A stretch of DNA of 63,187 bases, filler included, from Sphacelaria rigidula (GCA_964200075.2; 8 parts of 8 records of this genome joined end to end with filler, not necessarily neighbours in it); one strand, 5' to 3'; positions 49,467 to 63,187 are shown, numbered from the whole stretch's first letter. A program made the numbers and translations. Notes: generated by a model not told the origin, from the sequence alone.

Positions 49467-52400
49467 GCAAACTTCAAATCCGCTTCTAGGCTGGCCCAGC
49501 TCGTATACTGTTGCATGCATGCGTGCCGCAACACTGATATTGTTCGAAGAGAATTGGCGCATGCAACAAAGGGGGGAAAAGCGGCCCACCCCGACCACAA
49601 AAGGCTGTGTGGCAAGGTGATGAGGACAAACGTTTTATCCAAAGCCACGAGAAGCGGGCGGCCCGCCGGTCGCCGCATCCTGTTGGAAGCTCTCTACCGC
49701 GACCCATACTGCTTGCTACATCATCAGATGTACACCATTGAACCTGTGCACCTGTAAATAGACTGGATGAAACTTTCGGTCTTCGTCATAACCCTGCGAT
49801 TACCTACACGGATTTTCAAGCAACACGCCACTGTTTCGTGCAGACGCCAGACACGTCATTCCCGACCAGCCTCATTGGTCGTTCTGGGGGCCCGGTCCCG
49901 AAAGGGTCAATCCGAAGGTGGGAAACAAATACACATGGCGTACATGTACAAGCCATTCATGCCTTAATTGATTTAGAAGGGTTGGCTGTATGAATTACAA
50001 GTGATGTGCGAACCGTATGATTTACTCGTTGAAATGATGACTCTGGGTTGACTCACGAGTTGATTTGTCTTAGCCGTGAAAAAGTAAAGAAAAATAAGGT
50101 GGATACTAACGCGTGAAGGAGGACAATTAACACAATTGTACAGTTCGGTGGGGGTCATATCACCTGTTCACATTGGTGACACTACGAGAGGAATCTAACA
50201 TTGTGTTTTGTATAGATGAGGTTAACCCGAAAGTAGGAGATTTTTGGTTGGCATACCAAGCCATGCCTGATTTTTCTCAAGTTTTCACAACTCGTAATTG
50301 TTGCAGTTTCGAGTTTTTCTTGGGTATCATTCTGCATACTACTTGGAAGTGCTAGCGCCGGTCGATTGAGGGGGAAAGTGTTACCGCGCTTAAACGGCAG
50401 TGCTCAAGTTTGTTCTTTTGGGGCGGTACGGACTTGATACCCCATTTATCAGGAGGGTGTTATTGACCGTTTTCGACCCAACTAAAACAGTTTTCCGGCT
50501 TTTCTGCAACGAAAGGATTAATGTTTGGATGAATGAAGACATATACAACTCTTCACGATGACGATCGAGATCGTGTTTCCCTCCTATATACACGTGCTCC
50601 TCGATCCCGATACGGTTGGCCCTCCGTAACTTTCGTTTGCGGTTGAGGATAAGAAAAGTGAAGGCATCTCCGAAACGCCCGCGGCAAGGCACGTTAGACT
50701 AGGGAGGTCACAAGGAAAAAATGTGCAAAAGTTGTCCGGAGGTGGTCTCGAACCCGCGACATGGGCATCAATCAGCCCATTTTGTTTTTTGGTTCTCTTT
50801 TTTTCTCCATGCATTGATACTTCTGCGAGCACCCCATGCCCGCATCGGTGATGACACCAAGCACCACTGCCACTGCAAAACCCATCGTGACTCACTTGCG
50901 TTCAAATACAAAAGAAGACGCCCGAAACCAGTGAAAAAATTGTATCTTGTTTTTTTCGGGTTTTAGCCCGGCACCCGAAAGCCCGAAACGACACTTTTTA
51001 GCACGAGTTCTCAGCGTAGATTTCGTTCCGACATTTGTTTTTCACAGCCGCCGTGGGGGCCTTGCAAATCGACAATTTGTAATTTCTACCAGCTACCCCG
51101 CACAGCTTCCGAGAGGCATTACTCGCGAGGTAGGTATGTTGTGAAAAAAGAAAATGCCCGCGATCGAAAGCTATGGTTCTCAGCTTTCATGTGATATATA
51201 GTTTGCTTGGTTTGATGCCGGGATAGATTGAGAAAAGAAGCAAGTTGCACTGTATCTGGATCGTGGAGCACGTGCAACTAATACAGCACAGACCTGTCTA
51301 GCATTTTCCGCAGATGGCCCCTGCTCTGTTTTTTTTCGCATCACATTCTTCATGAGCACTCGGAAGTGTAAGCGTCGATGGTTTTGACAAAAGAAGCAGA
51401 CCGTGCTCGAATCACAATGCCCAAGTTGGTGTTGTGGGGGCGATGCGCAGTGAAGATTCCTTTTATCACAAAGGTGTTACTGACCGTGAATGGTCCATAA
51501 AATTTAAAATAAAAAACATTTTTCAGTCTTCACCTATATAATCGGGATCGAGTCGGTGGACCCGAAATACCGAGAAGCTAGATCCTGGGGTTGCACTTTC
51601 GCAGGACCCCCGTAGATCGGTCAAGCCTGTAAGTCACCCAATATTGATCGCAGATATTTTTTTTCTTTCAACTTTTGTCGAGAGGATCAAAATAACTCCA
51701 GATGCCCATTTCTTGTCATCCAACTGTCATTGTGATGAGCCGTGGCAAGCGGAACAAATTTGGAAAACTAGGAAATTATGAATTCTGCATACTTCTGACG
51801 CTGACTACTGTATTTCCGCACATCAGTCCGAGCTCTCGAACCCGTGGTTACAGATGTAGGCTCGTCTTTCCAGTGCCGACCCCAGACCGAAAACGAAAAC
51901 AAAAACAGTCTAACAAAATATTCATCAAAACGAAAGACGAAGAGAGACGCCAAGAAAACAAGTGAAAAATGGCGCCCCCCGAGTTCATCGGATCGAAGGA
52001 GGTAAAAACGAACCCCCTAGATCTGCTGAATACTCTCACCAGAAAAAACAAGGGGAGAAAAGACGAAACAGGGAACGGCAGATGAGAAAATGATATTAGC
52101 ATGGCCACCAGGCAAGGGCCAACTCGACATCCCTCGGTACCCTCATACACGACCACGAAAGCTGTGGGGAAGGCGGCTGATACACTAGCGAGTGTACTAC
52201 GCGACGGGCTGCTGGTTACTTCTCGGAGGTTCTCGGCAGGCACTGGGGGAACTTCAGTGGTAGCACAGCAAACAATTTCTCAGCATTGCGTGCTTCGGAA
52301 TGTGTACCGCGCAAGGTATCGAGCCCCCTGTCTACTACTCCGGTACAGTTTCGGGAGGATATTTGCCGATAAAACACCTCTTCATTTGTCGCAGGTTAAG

Positions 52401-52614
52401 CTCCTCCGCTTCCTCGGGACGAGTTCGCAGTCTCGAGGGATGAACTCATTCCTCCCCCGGTACACGCCTTGCGTTTTGATCTCGCGGATAGAGCCATGAC
52501 TGTCAGCACTCCCTCACTGCGTCAACTCACGTCGAACAAACTCAGTGGACTACTAACAACGTTTTCGTGAGTTCGAGAGTAGAGCGCTGATTGTGAGAGT
52601 AGCTTCGATGATTC

Positions 52615-53203
52615 GCTGTAATTCAGGCCGGTGATGAAGGCGAAGAAAAGCACACAGAATGAAAAAGTGGCTAAGCTCGGGAAGTTTTGGCCCACGGATT
52701 GTTCACTTTTGGGGCGTTCGACCCACTTTTTGACTCCTCAAACGGGAAAATCGCCAACACACGTCCCGGACACTTTGCATCACCCTACAGAGGGGAGCCT
52801 GGTCTGCTTTTCAGATTTGCTTGGCTCCGAGGTTTCGAGATTGGCCTCTAAACAAAACTTCGTGTGCAAAATGTGTGCTTGCAGACCCCCACCAGTTTGC
52901 TCAAAATCTGTAGAGATCGCCGTAGATTTTACTGCACACGGATTATTGTTCCGCCGCCGCTCTCAAAACCATGGAGCCAAGCAAATCTGAAAAGTGCGCT
53001 AGGCTCCTCTCTGTGGGGTGATGCAAAGTGTCCAAGACGTGATCTGGCGATTTTCCCTGTCCGGTGGTCGAACAGTGGGTCAAACGTCCCAAAAGATCAC
53101 AATCCGTTGGCCGAAACTTTGTGTGCCATAACAACCGAGCTTAGCCACCTTTCCAGTCTGTGTGTGCTTTTCTTCGCCTTCATCACCGGCGGGTGCTTAC
53201 AGC
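52615..53203. mobile_element. Foldback element, about 225-bp imperfect arms
   Basis: GCCGGTGATGAAGGCGAAGAAAAGCACACA, GGACACTTTGCATCACCC and TTTTCAGATTTGCTTGGCTCC each have inverted partners. Confidence 0.85.
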
Positions 53204-54566
53204 TACACGTCGATATTCTTCCAAGGGATATCAAGGGCCATGGTGGTAGGGTGCCACGGAAAGCATATTGGGCCTCGGAGAGGGGCACTACGGAACTGAA
53301 ACGATTCATCCACCGATTGACCGCTTTTCATTCTCAATCGTATTCTCTACTCTTCATCTCACTAAAGCACTGTTTGGTCTGTTTACTCACGTTCTCACGC
53401 TCTCCACCGTGGAAATCACATACTACGAAGGAAATTGTTGATACACCCTGCAGAACACAGTGTTGGGGGGGATCTTATCAGCTCACGTCTTCACGTTTTG
53501 GTCTTTCGAATTCTGGGTCTTGCAATACCGTCGCGATGGCAAGCAAATGAAGAACATTATGCAGCGAACAACAAAGTAGAATGGAGGGGAAGATGGGAAA
53601 TGTGGTGAGTGTCTACTGGGTAGCGAACAGAGTCCACAAAACGCACGGAAAAAAGTCTTCCGCGGATATTGTTGGCCTGGCAACTCAGTACATACGAACG
53701 GCGTGTTCAAAAACGGTGCACATATGACGCTATCAATGGCAAGCAAAGAGGGCGAATTCATACTCACCGTGTCGCCAGGACGCAAGAGGCTCCTACGAAA
53801 GGGAGGGGGGGGTGTGGGGGTAGATGTTACCGCGAAGAACGGGGAAGTCCACACGCAAGTGTTTCTCGAAATTTCATCATCCTCTTGTGGAGACGAAACA
53901 GAAACACATGCTAGTGTGACAGAGGGGCGAACCAGACTCGCGAGTAGGGTTGCTCGTCAACTTTTTCGGGGCTTGGTTTGATCCTTGATTATTTCGTCCA
54001 AATCTGGTCGATATAATCATGATTGTTGAGTATTTTTCAAGCTTTTGAACAGCGGGCAAGCCACAGGAGCTGATCCTTCGGTAGATTGCATTCACCGCGC
54101 ACACCACGCATGCGCACGCTCAGAGCAGCAGTTCTCGGTTCAATATCCCAGCTGCGTGGGCATCACGCGCTTTGTCTGTCTCCGGTCGTTGTGTTGTACT
54201 TCGTGTGCTGTTCGCCTGGAGCAACATGTTTGCAACATCAAGAAGGCTACACGTATCGGGTTCTCGTGCCTGTGTGGTGTACCACTTTTCTACCTCATCG
54301 TGAGTGCCGAAGTGTCAAATCGTGGGCCCGTACGTGCGCAGTGCGCAGAAGTACACCTACTACCACACTCCCACCACATACGTACATGCCCACTAGACAT
54401 CTATGCATCTATGAAAACCACTCGTATTCCAATATGTAAGTCCAGTGTGCTGCTGCAAGTGATGATGTGCTAATAATATGCAATGAGTGTAATCAGTGCG
54501 TCGTGAACAGAAACGTTCATGTTCCAGAGCCCAGCAGCAGTCTCCACCAGGGTAGCGGTTTGATTT

Positions 54567-55135
54567 CTACCAGAGATCATGTTTCATGCTTCCGTGGAGG
54601 ACGACGATTTCTTCCACCCGGTCCCCACTAAGGCGGTTTCGGGCCTTCGTGAGCACGGGTCCGCCTACGGAGAACACAAGCTCGGATGCAGCAGATGAAC
54701 CTTGAACCGCGAGGTACTTGCGAGCCAGGGTAGCAATATGGGGATATGCCCGCGGCTTTCGCCCACCACCCCAGAGCACCGCCTGCTTCGACCACATCAT
54801 CCGCCGAAACCTCTTCATCCTTGTAGAGGCCTCATTCAGTCATGACCTGCATCCTCTTCGGAACGACTGTCTTTTTCGTCCTCTTCCTGGTTGGGCTAGG
54901 GACGGCTACATCCGCATCGGCATCCGTCATGTCCATGTCTTTTGTAGCCTGCTTCCTTGCGGCTGCCTGCTCCATGAGGCCCGTGATCGACAACTCGCCA
55001 TGTTTTTCTTTTGTCGTTTTCGCGCCCGGGACGGCCACCGCCACGACTTCTGGCGGTGGAGGTGGCTTGCTTTGTTTCGCTTCCTCCGCGCTGATGACAC
55101 TTTCCAGCTGGTTCTCTACCTCGCCGAAAAATAGA
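54567..55135 (-). pseudogene. hAT transposase C-terminal dimerisation domain fragment
   Basis: YPHIATLARKYLAVQGSSAASELVFSVGG..TKARNRLSGDRVEEIV. Frameshifted upstream. Confidence 0.88.
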
Positions 55136-55232
55136 CTGGTTTGGGAAGCAAAAGATGGGGAGCACTCGATCAGTCATCATGTGCAAAAAACACTACAAAA
55201 ACGTTCGAATTATCGCTGACACAGCCGTGGTC

Positions 55233-55277
55233 GCCCCGGTGGCTCAGTTGGTAACCTCGTAACCATCTGATAGTTGT
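55233..55277 (+). mobile_element. tRNA-derived SINE head, cut by contig end
   Basis: GCCCCGGTGGCTCAGTTGGTAACCTCGTAACC. Confidence 0.75.
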
Positions 55278-57039
55278 NNNNNNNNNNNNNNNNNNNNNNN
55301 NNNNNNNNNNNNNNNNNNNNNTTAATTAATTAANNNNNNNNNNNNNNNNNNNNNNNNNNNNNNNNNNNNNNNNNNNNTGCACTGGAGCACGTGGTTTTCG
55401 TGAACGTCCCTTAGAGGGAAATGTGAACGGCAGAGGGAAATATGATTATCGTTCCTCTGGCGGAGGGACCGTCTATGGCCTCAAAGGCATTTGTTGCGTC
55501 TCCGGAAGACATTTAGCCGTGCAGTATCCTCCAGCGTGTACATCAGCATTTATGTACTTGTGTCGTATAACTGCTTCCAGGGGAACTTTGGGACCATCAC
55601 GCCATGAAAAATATATGTATCACCCGCCGTTCACAGATTGAATTGCAAACCCGACAACACTTATCCCAAGCTATAATACCACCACGATAACCCTGCAGCA
55701 AAGAGCACGAGTTGGCCACAGGGATATAGATACACACTGCAGTAGTTGAGCATGATGTATGTCTTGTTGATGGAAGTTTGAACTTGAGCAGCGGGGTATG
55801 GTGCGAGCAACAACCGGCGGTTCACTGCACACACACCCATGAACAGTGCAGGCAGAAAAAGCTGCGCACACTGTTCAAGTCCTTTTCACGTTGCACTGTG
55901 AGCAGAAGACATACATATGGTCCTGCGCTGTCTGTACTGTACTTTGTGCCCTTCCCTTTCACGTCCTACGGACTGCAGCGGTGAGCACGCTGCAAGAACG
56001 GGCATCGTGTATACTCAGTGGATCACGGTATATAACACCCCCATGTACCCAAAGTCACAGGCATCCACTTTGTTTAACCACACGTGGCGCATATGCCGCG
56101 CTAAGTCTGCAGTATATTGTACAGCACGTATATAAGCACGATATGGTACTGTCCTACACGGTATTGTACTGTCCAGTACCGCATCAAACCATGGTTATTG
56201 TTGTGATGATCCTATATATCACCATCAACGTACAGGATAAACCGCGATCATAATTTTTCGCGTGTTCACTCGAAAAAGTGCTTCACTTTGGTGCTCGAAT
56301 GGTGAACACCGGACCACGGGGTTTTCAAGCTTGTATGTTTAGATGAATGAGGTTCATACAGGATATCCATCATAACCACAAGCTAAAGCTACTTAGCATG
56401 GCTGCGTATACATAAATTCGCAATCGGTGTATGGGATTTGAAACCAGTGGAAGCTGTTAAAGAGTTCGATCCGCTTGCCCAAGATATGAAATGGGGGGCA
56501 AGAGGATGAGTACTTAACGACTTGTGCTGTCTCTCGACTCTCATCCACCGATACCGTGTCGTATGTGGGACTTGAACAGCAAAAGCTGCTCGCAAAAAAG
56601 AGTCTGTTCTTGTCCAATTCAAGGTATTGGTGGGCAAAATGAGGATTCTTTTCGAACAGTTTCTGGTGTACAAATTCCATTTGCGAGTGTATATGGGATT
56701 TGCACGACCTCTGCTGTTCGAAATAAATCCTTTGCGCCTGATTCTAATAATTTGGAATCAGGACTTATTCCGAACAGCTGTGAAAATTCCAGATTTCCAT
56801 AGCACGTGTGCCTCCAAAAACAAATCAGGGAATTTTAATATTGACACAGACCTTCAAGGGCCCCAACATTGAAAATTCTCTAGAGGATTACGAATACCCA
56901 AGATCCTCTAGGGGGGATTTTTAACAGACGGAACCGAGGATGACGTTTGAAAATTCCTCTACGAGGTAGCCGAATGGTCGCGTGTGAAGGGAATGCATAG
57001 CATGATGGCTTTTGCGGTATAAGTGGATCTAAGAAAACG

Positions 57040-59625
57040 AGTACGCACCCAAGAGGTGAAGAGAAGGAGTAGTCAACTTTTTAGAAAAAGGAGACAAGGC
57101 TGACCCAGGGAATTATAGAGGGAAACCGCTACAAAGCATGGAAGGGAAAACATGATGTACGATTCTGAACGATAGAGGAGGAACGATGCTAGAAAAGGAA
57201 GACAAATTCAGCGAGGGGCAAGCAGGTTTTCTACCAAACCATGGATGCGTAGACCATGTGTACACACTACGTAAAATTATTCAGGGTAGGAAAGATACCG
57301 GACTGACAGCGTACTGTTTCTCTCTGGACGTGCGAAAGGCTCATGACACAGTATGGATAAATGGGTTGTGGGGAAAGCTGTGGGAAACTGGGATTAGAGG
57401 AAATATGTGGAGAATGGGGAAGAAGATGACAGAATGTGCCAAATGTGCTATGATGATAAACGGGGAAATATCGAAATATTTCGATGTCCCACAAGGACTT
57501 GCAGGAGGATATACGTTATCACCCACTCTGTTCAAGGTATTTATTGATGACCTGATACCAGCAATAAAAACTTCAAAGCAAGGCGTCAGGGTGGGTAAAG
57601 GTATGTTATCAGAATTGATGTTTGCGGATGATTTCGTGGGGACTTCAGAAACAGCAGAATTGTTACAGAAACAGATAGACAAGGCGCTAGAATACACTAG
57701 GAAATGGAGAGTGGCAGCGAATGTTAACAACTGCGCGGTACTCTTTTGTAATGACGATAAGAAGAATCTGGTCGAGTTCAGGTGGAAGTGGGGAGAAGAG
57801 GAACTGCCAACCGTAGAGCAGTATACACAGCTTGTCGTGTAGATCTAAAAACCTGTGACTGGAATCCATACATAAACAGAGTAATAGAAAAGGGTAAGCC
57901 ACAGATAGTAAGGATAGACGTGGTCCTCAGAGACGCGCATCTGGACACTGGGATTAAGATAATCATCCTGATAAACGTGATCGTACCAAAGTCGGAATAT
58001 TCAGGAGAAGTATGGGAGGGCAGCGTGAAGTTGGTGGAGAAGTTGGAAACAGTACAGATGGCGGCAGCTAAGTAAGAAACAGTACAGCTTTGAGAGCAGA
58101 GTCGGGAATGTAGTTCTTACTTGAAACAAACAGGGACATGAGAAATCGAGGTGGTAATATGGGGTAAAGAACGTGCAGCTAATAGGTTGCCAGCTATAGT
58201 TGATAGGGCTGTATGGGAAAAAAAGTACAAAAGGGAAGCCTGGAATAAGGTGAGATAGTGAAGTGGAGAGAGTATGGAAGGAGATAGGAAGAAACCAAGA
58301 CAAAGTGCTGTCCACAGGTGAAGGCGCGGGGTACCAGACAAATTTAATAGACATGATAAAAATGAGGGAAAAAGGAGCACTGAAACACAAAGTAGACGAG
58401 GAAGAATACCTTGAAATATACGGGGGTTTGAGAGAGAGGATGGGGATAAACACATGTCTGCATGGCCCAATGGACGCTGCGCAAAATCTGAAATTGCGAT
58501 TTCGGGTGGGGGACCTGAACCTGCCAGAAAGAAAAGAAATATATACCAGTAGTCAAGAGGGAAAGAGAGTAGATGCACAGAATTGTCCCTGTGGCAAAGT
58601 GTCATGGTATTTGCAGGGGCTGGTCTCGAGATCTGTAATCTCGGGCATACATGCCTCGGAGTAAAGCAACGTTTGGATATGAATCTTTGTTTTGGCCATT
58701 GAGAGATGCCAGCTTGTCGGAAGATCCAAGTCGATGTTCTGAATAAGTACTCGATACGAGATACAAAGTGTATGATTGTTCTGCGGCGTATAGAATGTTC
58801 ATGTGCACAACAGATGGTGTTCCCCGAACGTTCGTTGGATGGAGGATTCCTGTCCTACGCTTTTCGGTTCTGTATCATGACTGGACAGGGATATAAGTCA
58901 GGGTAGGGTAGGTATATGTCGGAGCGAGTGCCTCCCATTATAACTCACTCTATTTTGGGCCCAGGACATCATCAGCTTTGCCGCCGTTGCTCTGAGTTCC
59001 AAGTGAGTTCTCACCAGTGAGCTTTATAGTCGTGGGGAAACTGTTGGCTCTGGTTCGTATTGTAAAATACAAGGAGATAATCTAATTTATGAGAACAGCT
59101 GGATTGAATTGCTACTACTGTGATTTGGATCTGTATTGATTCGCTGCATCCAGCGGTGCGCTGCACGGGCACACACGACTCGAGCCTCTGTTCGTGAGAA
59201 CATAACAGAACAAAGGTGTACTGAGGCTGCCTTCTCCAAGGCGTTTAGGCCAAAGTTCATATTAAAAGCAATAGAGAGCAGAAGTCATGTAGTGGCAAAA
59301 TATGAACAATACAAGGGGGAACGGGACGTGCCATAGGGGGAAATGCAGGACGTGAGCGAAGGTGGCATGAAATCGGATGATGCACTAGACAGTAGCGAGC
59401 GAGCGATGGCTATACTAGGGGAGAGATGGTGGCCACAGATGGCGAAAAGGATGGGGATAAGATATGTGAAGTTTATTGTGTAATGTATGGAAGAAACGTA
59501 ATGTCACCTGAATATTGGAGATGTCTTTGTTAGGAGTAGAAAGAGTGCCCCGTCTCGAAAGGGATGCGTGGTCGATAGTCAAACAACGAAGGTAAACAAC
59601 AAATGAGTATCCCCCCCCCTTCCCG
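57040..59625 (+). mobile_element. 5'-truncated LINE (RT, C-terminus and 3' end), degenerate, interrupted by a solo LTR
   Basis: KGDKADPGNYRG, SEGQAGF, SLDVRKAHDTV, TLSPTLFKVFIDDL, LMFADDFV. Collinear with the second copy at 61610-63165. Confidence 0.92.
58600..59264. repeat. Solo LTR (665 bp) inserted in the LINE
   Basis: AAAG|TGTCATG...CATATTA|AAAG. LINE homology resumes exactly after the insert. Confidence 0.7.
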
Positions 59626-59849
59626 TCATTGTACACCTCTTGCATTTCGGTCTCACGGATTGGATCATGACTCTCGGCACTTCTGCACCACGTCAACTCC
59701 GTCAGGTACTTTTGACCTTCTCACCTACATCCGCGTTGGACGATGTAAATCAGATGCTTTGAAGAAAACTACCGGGGCCGAACTCACATTGTCTCCATGA
59801 GACCACCGGGGCTCAGTGTGGTTCACACTTGTCAGACAATGACTGTCAG

Positions 59850-60260
59850 CCCGTGATACAGTCCACAGCTTGCGGTGGCGTTCACTAATCCCAATTATGG
59901 ACTAAATGGTGTGGTCCAAGCAAGTCGTGGTCCCGTTGTTTACACTACTGTATACTTACTACTTTGGTGTTCCAGCACTTTCAATTCAATCAACTGTAAT
60001 AGCAGCTAGTACAGTGTACTCCAACGATAAGTGGTGTGCCCCTTTTTGTGGGATTTCATTGCTGTACACCCACCACGTAACCCAGTGACCACAATACACC
60101 ATTATATGTTCCTCTCGCACTGCTGTAAACTGTCGCGATATGGTTTTTGTCAAGGGCTCTTCGAGGTACACTGCAGCAAAACGATTGTTGTTTGAACGTT
60201 TTCCGGGTGAAATAAACCGAAACAAATCAATGACTTTGTGGAGACGCGAACTTCAAGCAA
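59850..60260 (-). pseudogene. Possible decayed LINE AP-endonuclease fragment
   Basis: FAAVY and GTTTCLDHTI resemble APE motifs. Multiple stops. Confidence 0.3.
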
Positions 60261-60784
60261 ACAGCCCTCTACCCCCTCAATGCCCCCCTTGCATCTTGAG
60301 ACCCCCGTCCGAGACAAAATTGCCGCCTAGCAGTCCCGTGGACGATTGGGAGGGTGAATGTTCTTCGATAACATCGAAGGTATGCTGAAATTAGAAGAAA
60401 AAAATATGGTTAAAACAAAAGCACCTTTATTTTGATTACCTGCAGGCGCAAAAACGTCGGTTGTGCTGCCGTGAAAATCGATGCAAGCTTGAAACATCAC
60501 GGAAAAGCGAGGAAAAGAGAAAACGGAAATTGTGGTCCATGAAATCGACACAGGCTTAGTTCCCTTTTCCTACCGTTCACCCTAGTTTATGATAGTTTGT
60601 GAACTAGCGCCCAGATACGCAATGTTGAGATGTTCGAGAAGCACGGACTACTAATACAGGCTCTGTCTCTGTCTTTCCTTGACCACAAAGGCGTGCTCTG
60701 CTGCTGTTGCCTCTGTTGGCGGCATCCTGAGCGCCCTCTGTCCTCAACGAGAAAGACTATGTGTCCCCTGTGCAGCACGCGGTT

Positions 60785-61146
60785 CTACACAAGGCGACAA
60801 CCCGTGAGGATAGATGGCGTACAAGCTGACGATCTGTGTAGTTAGGCTCGCACGAACTGCTGCGCTTGTTCGAACTTGAGTGTTAGCGAAGATGAGATTG
60901 ACGTAGATGGGGTACTGTACCGTGTATTGCCAAGCCAAGCCAAACAAGGTGACGCAGGACAACGCGTACCGTACCTGTATCGAGCAAGCAGATATCGGTA
61001 CTTCTCAGTGCTCTTCTCCCACACGCTGTCCTCGCCCATGCTCTCCGTGCTTCTCAGCTCCAAGCAGACGCGCTTGCTTGGCTGTTGGCCACGCGATCTA
61101 CTCGCGATGGGAAGCAGCAGTGTCTGTGTACACATTGGCCTGTGAC
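60785..61146 (-). CDS. Possible last two exons (61146-60975 and 60833-60785) of an unknown gene
   Basis: CAG|GTACGG donor, CTAAC branch site and CAG acceptor, phase compatible. No recognisable domain. Confidence 0.3.
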
Positions 61147-61599
61147 CTGCAGTTGCTCCTATAGGGACCCCGAAGCTGAGGGCGTCATGTTGCGGATTAA
61201 CTTTTACAAGGTGAGAACCTCGTTTCGTAAGTTTCGCAGGTATTGTGTATTATCGCACTAGACTTTACTTCGGTCCGTTGAAACGTATGCGGACGACCAA
61301 ACTAAGCAACAAGTTCCCGTTTCTTCCTTCGCTTCGAGTGCGGTGATTTGGCGTGTGTTCGGAGTCTCTCACACGTCGCTATCGACCATTGAAGTACGCC
61401 CACCTGTACGTACGATTCCGTTGTTACGCAAGCTAAATAGCACCCCCCCCCTACCCCGCCCCCCGCCCCCTTGTTGCGCTTGATGATTGAGTGCGAGCCT
61501 TGTTTGGCGAAAACCCGGCGTGCTCCGGCCCGCGTTTGTAGGGATTCGAGATCAATGATCTGATGCCTATGGCATGCAAGAGCATGAGCCCCCCCCCAT

Positions 61600-63165
61600 A
61601 CTGTTACTCTATTCAAAATATTTGTGATTGACCCGATGATAGCAACAGAAGCAGCAAGAAAGGAGTCATGGTGGGTGAGGATACGGCATCAGAATTGATG
61701 TTCGCGGATGATCGCGAGAAGGTATCAGAAACACCAGAAGGATTGCCGAAGCAAACAGAGGAAGCGCTAGAGTACACTAGGAAACAGAGAGTGGCAGCGA
61801 ACGTAACGAATGCAGGATCCTTGTTTGTAGTGAAGATAAGGAAAACCCGGTGGAGTCCAAATGGAGGTTGAGAGAAAAGGAGCTGCCGGTCGTAGACCAG
61901 TATACATACCTTGGCGTAGAGATATCAAAACACTGTTCTTGGGATGCGCATATGAATGTAGGAATAGAAGAGAGTAAGGCACATATAGGCAAGATGGACG
62001 TGATCCTACGAGATTCAAATATAGATACCAGGAGTAAAATATGTATTCCGATGAATGCGATTGCACCAAAGCTAGAATATGCAGGAGACACATGGGAGGG
62101 GAACGTGAAGTTGGTGAGGAAGTTGGAAACAAAACGGATGACAGGAGCTAAGGAAATACTTGGATGTTTGAAAACGACGAGTAATACAGCAGTGACAACG
62201 GAGTTAGGATTGTATCGACTAAAAACAATTAGAGACATGAGAAACTAAAATGACACTATAGCGTGAGGAGCATGCCAAGAAAGAGATTACCAGCCATAGT
62301 TGATGGGGCCGTACTAAAGAAAGTGACAAAAGGGCAGACTTGAATAAGGAAGGATAGCGTAGTTGAGGGAGTATGGAAGGACATGAAAGGAAACCAAGAC
62401 GAAATATTGTTCATACATGAATGCATCGGGTACGAAGCAAAAGTAAGAGAAGTTATCGGAAAAAGGGAAAATAAGTTCTCAGACGCAAAATGGACGAGAA
62501 AGAACACCTGAAGATATACCGGTGGTTGAGAGAGGGGGTGGAGATGAAAACATATCTGCATGGCCCAATAGACTCAGCGAAATATTCGAAACTGCGATTT
62601 TGGGTGGGAGATCTGGACCTGCCACGAGGAAGGAAGAAGTATACCAGTAGTCTAATGGAGATCTGCATGGCCCAATACCGCTCAATGTTCGGAACTGCGA
62701 GTTCGGGTGGGAGATCTGGACCTGTCACGAAGAAGGAAGAAGTATGCCAGAAGTCTAGCGGAGGAGGACGCAGATGCACAGGATTGTCGCAGTGTCAAAG
62801 TGATAGATAGCAGAACTCCTACGAATATAGTAGCAGAATATGAAGTACTTTATACAATGAGGAACAGGACTTATTGGACGGGGAAATTTGGAAAGTATAC
62901 GAAGGTGCCATGAAATTGTTTGATGAGTTAGACAGTAGCGAGAAAATGGTCACTATACTAGAATATAAAGGGTGGCCACAGACGGCGAATGATGAAGGTA
63001 ACAAGACATGTGAATGGTTTTTGTGTAACGTACGGAGGTGTCTCTACTAGCATTAGGTGCAGTGCTCCGTGTCGAAAGGAATGCGCAGTCAATGGTCAAA
63101 CGACTGGGTAGGCAACAAATGAGCATTCCGACGCACGGCCCCCGCCGACCCCGCCCCCCCCCCCG
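61600..63165 (+). mobile_element. Second 5'-truncated copy of the same LINE family
   Basis: ELMFADD, YTYLGVEI, PKLEYAG, YLHGPID. Internal duplication of about 108 bp (ATCTGCATGGCCCAATA twice). C-rich end. Confidence 0.9.
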
Positions 63166-63187
63166 TCGATGCGTGACAGCGTGGGTG

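Overview
Eukaryotic, repeat-dominated DNA. The source is probably a brown alga or related stramenopile; this is inferred from intron style, an RRL motif and the transposable element (TE) repertoire, not proven. The window is not one locus. It is eight contigs of 7812-7810 bp, sorted by length and joined by 100-bp N/TTAATTAATTAA spacers, so adjacency across gaps means nothing. Retroelements: a degenerate Ty3/Gypsy element whose integrase is inverted relative to RT; a long Gag-like ORF (PAM2-like motif, Q/P repeats, CCCH finger) followed in frame by stops, a stem-loop and an aspartic protease motif; a tyrosine-recombinase (DIRS/Ngaro-like) relic; Copia, CRE-like and other LINE fragments; solo LTRs; and five copies of a tRNA-derived SINE. 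DNA elements: a hAT fragment, a TTAA-flanked piggyBac-type element and many MITE/foldback elements, one carrying TTAGGG-like repeats. Host genes: the first exon of a CobW/COG0523 GTPase, six phase-compatible exons of a large FN3 plus beta-sandwich-repeat surface protein, and two weakly supported unknown genes. No rRNA, genuine tRNA or CRISPR array was found.
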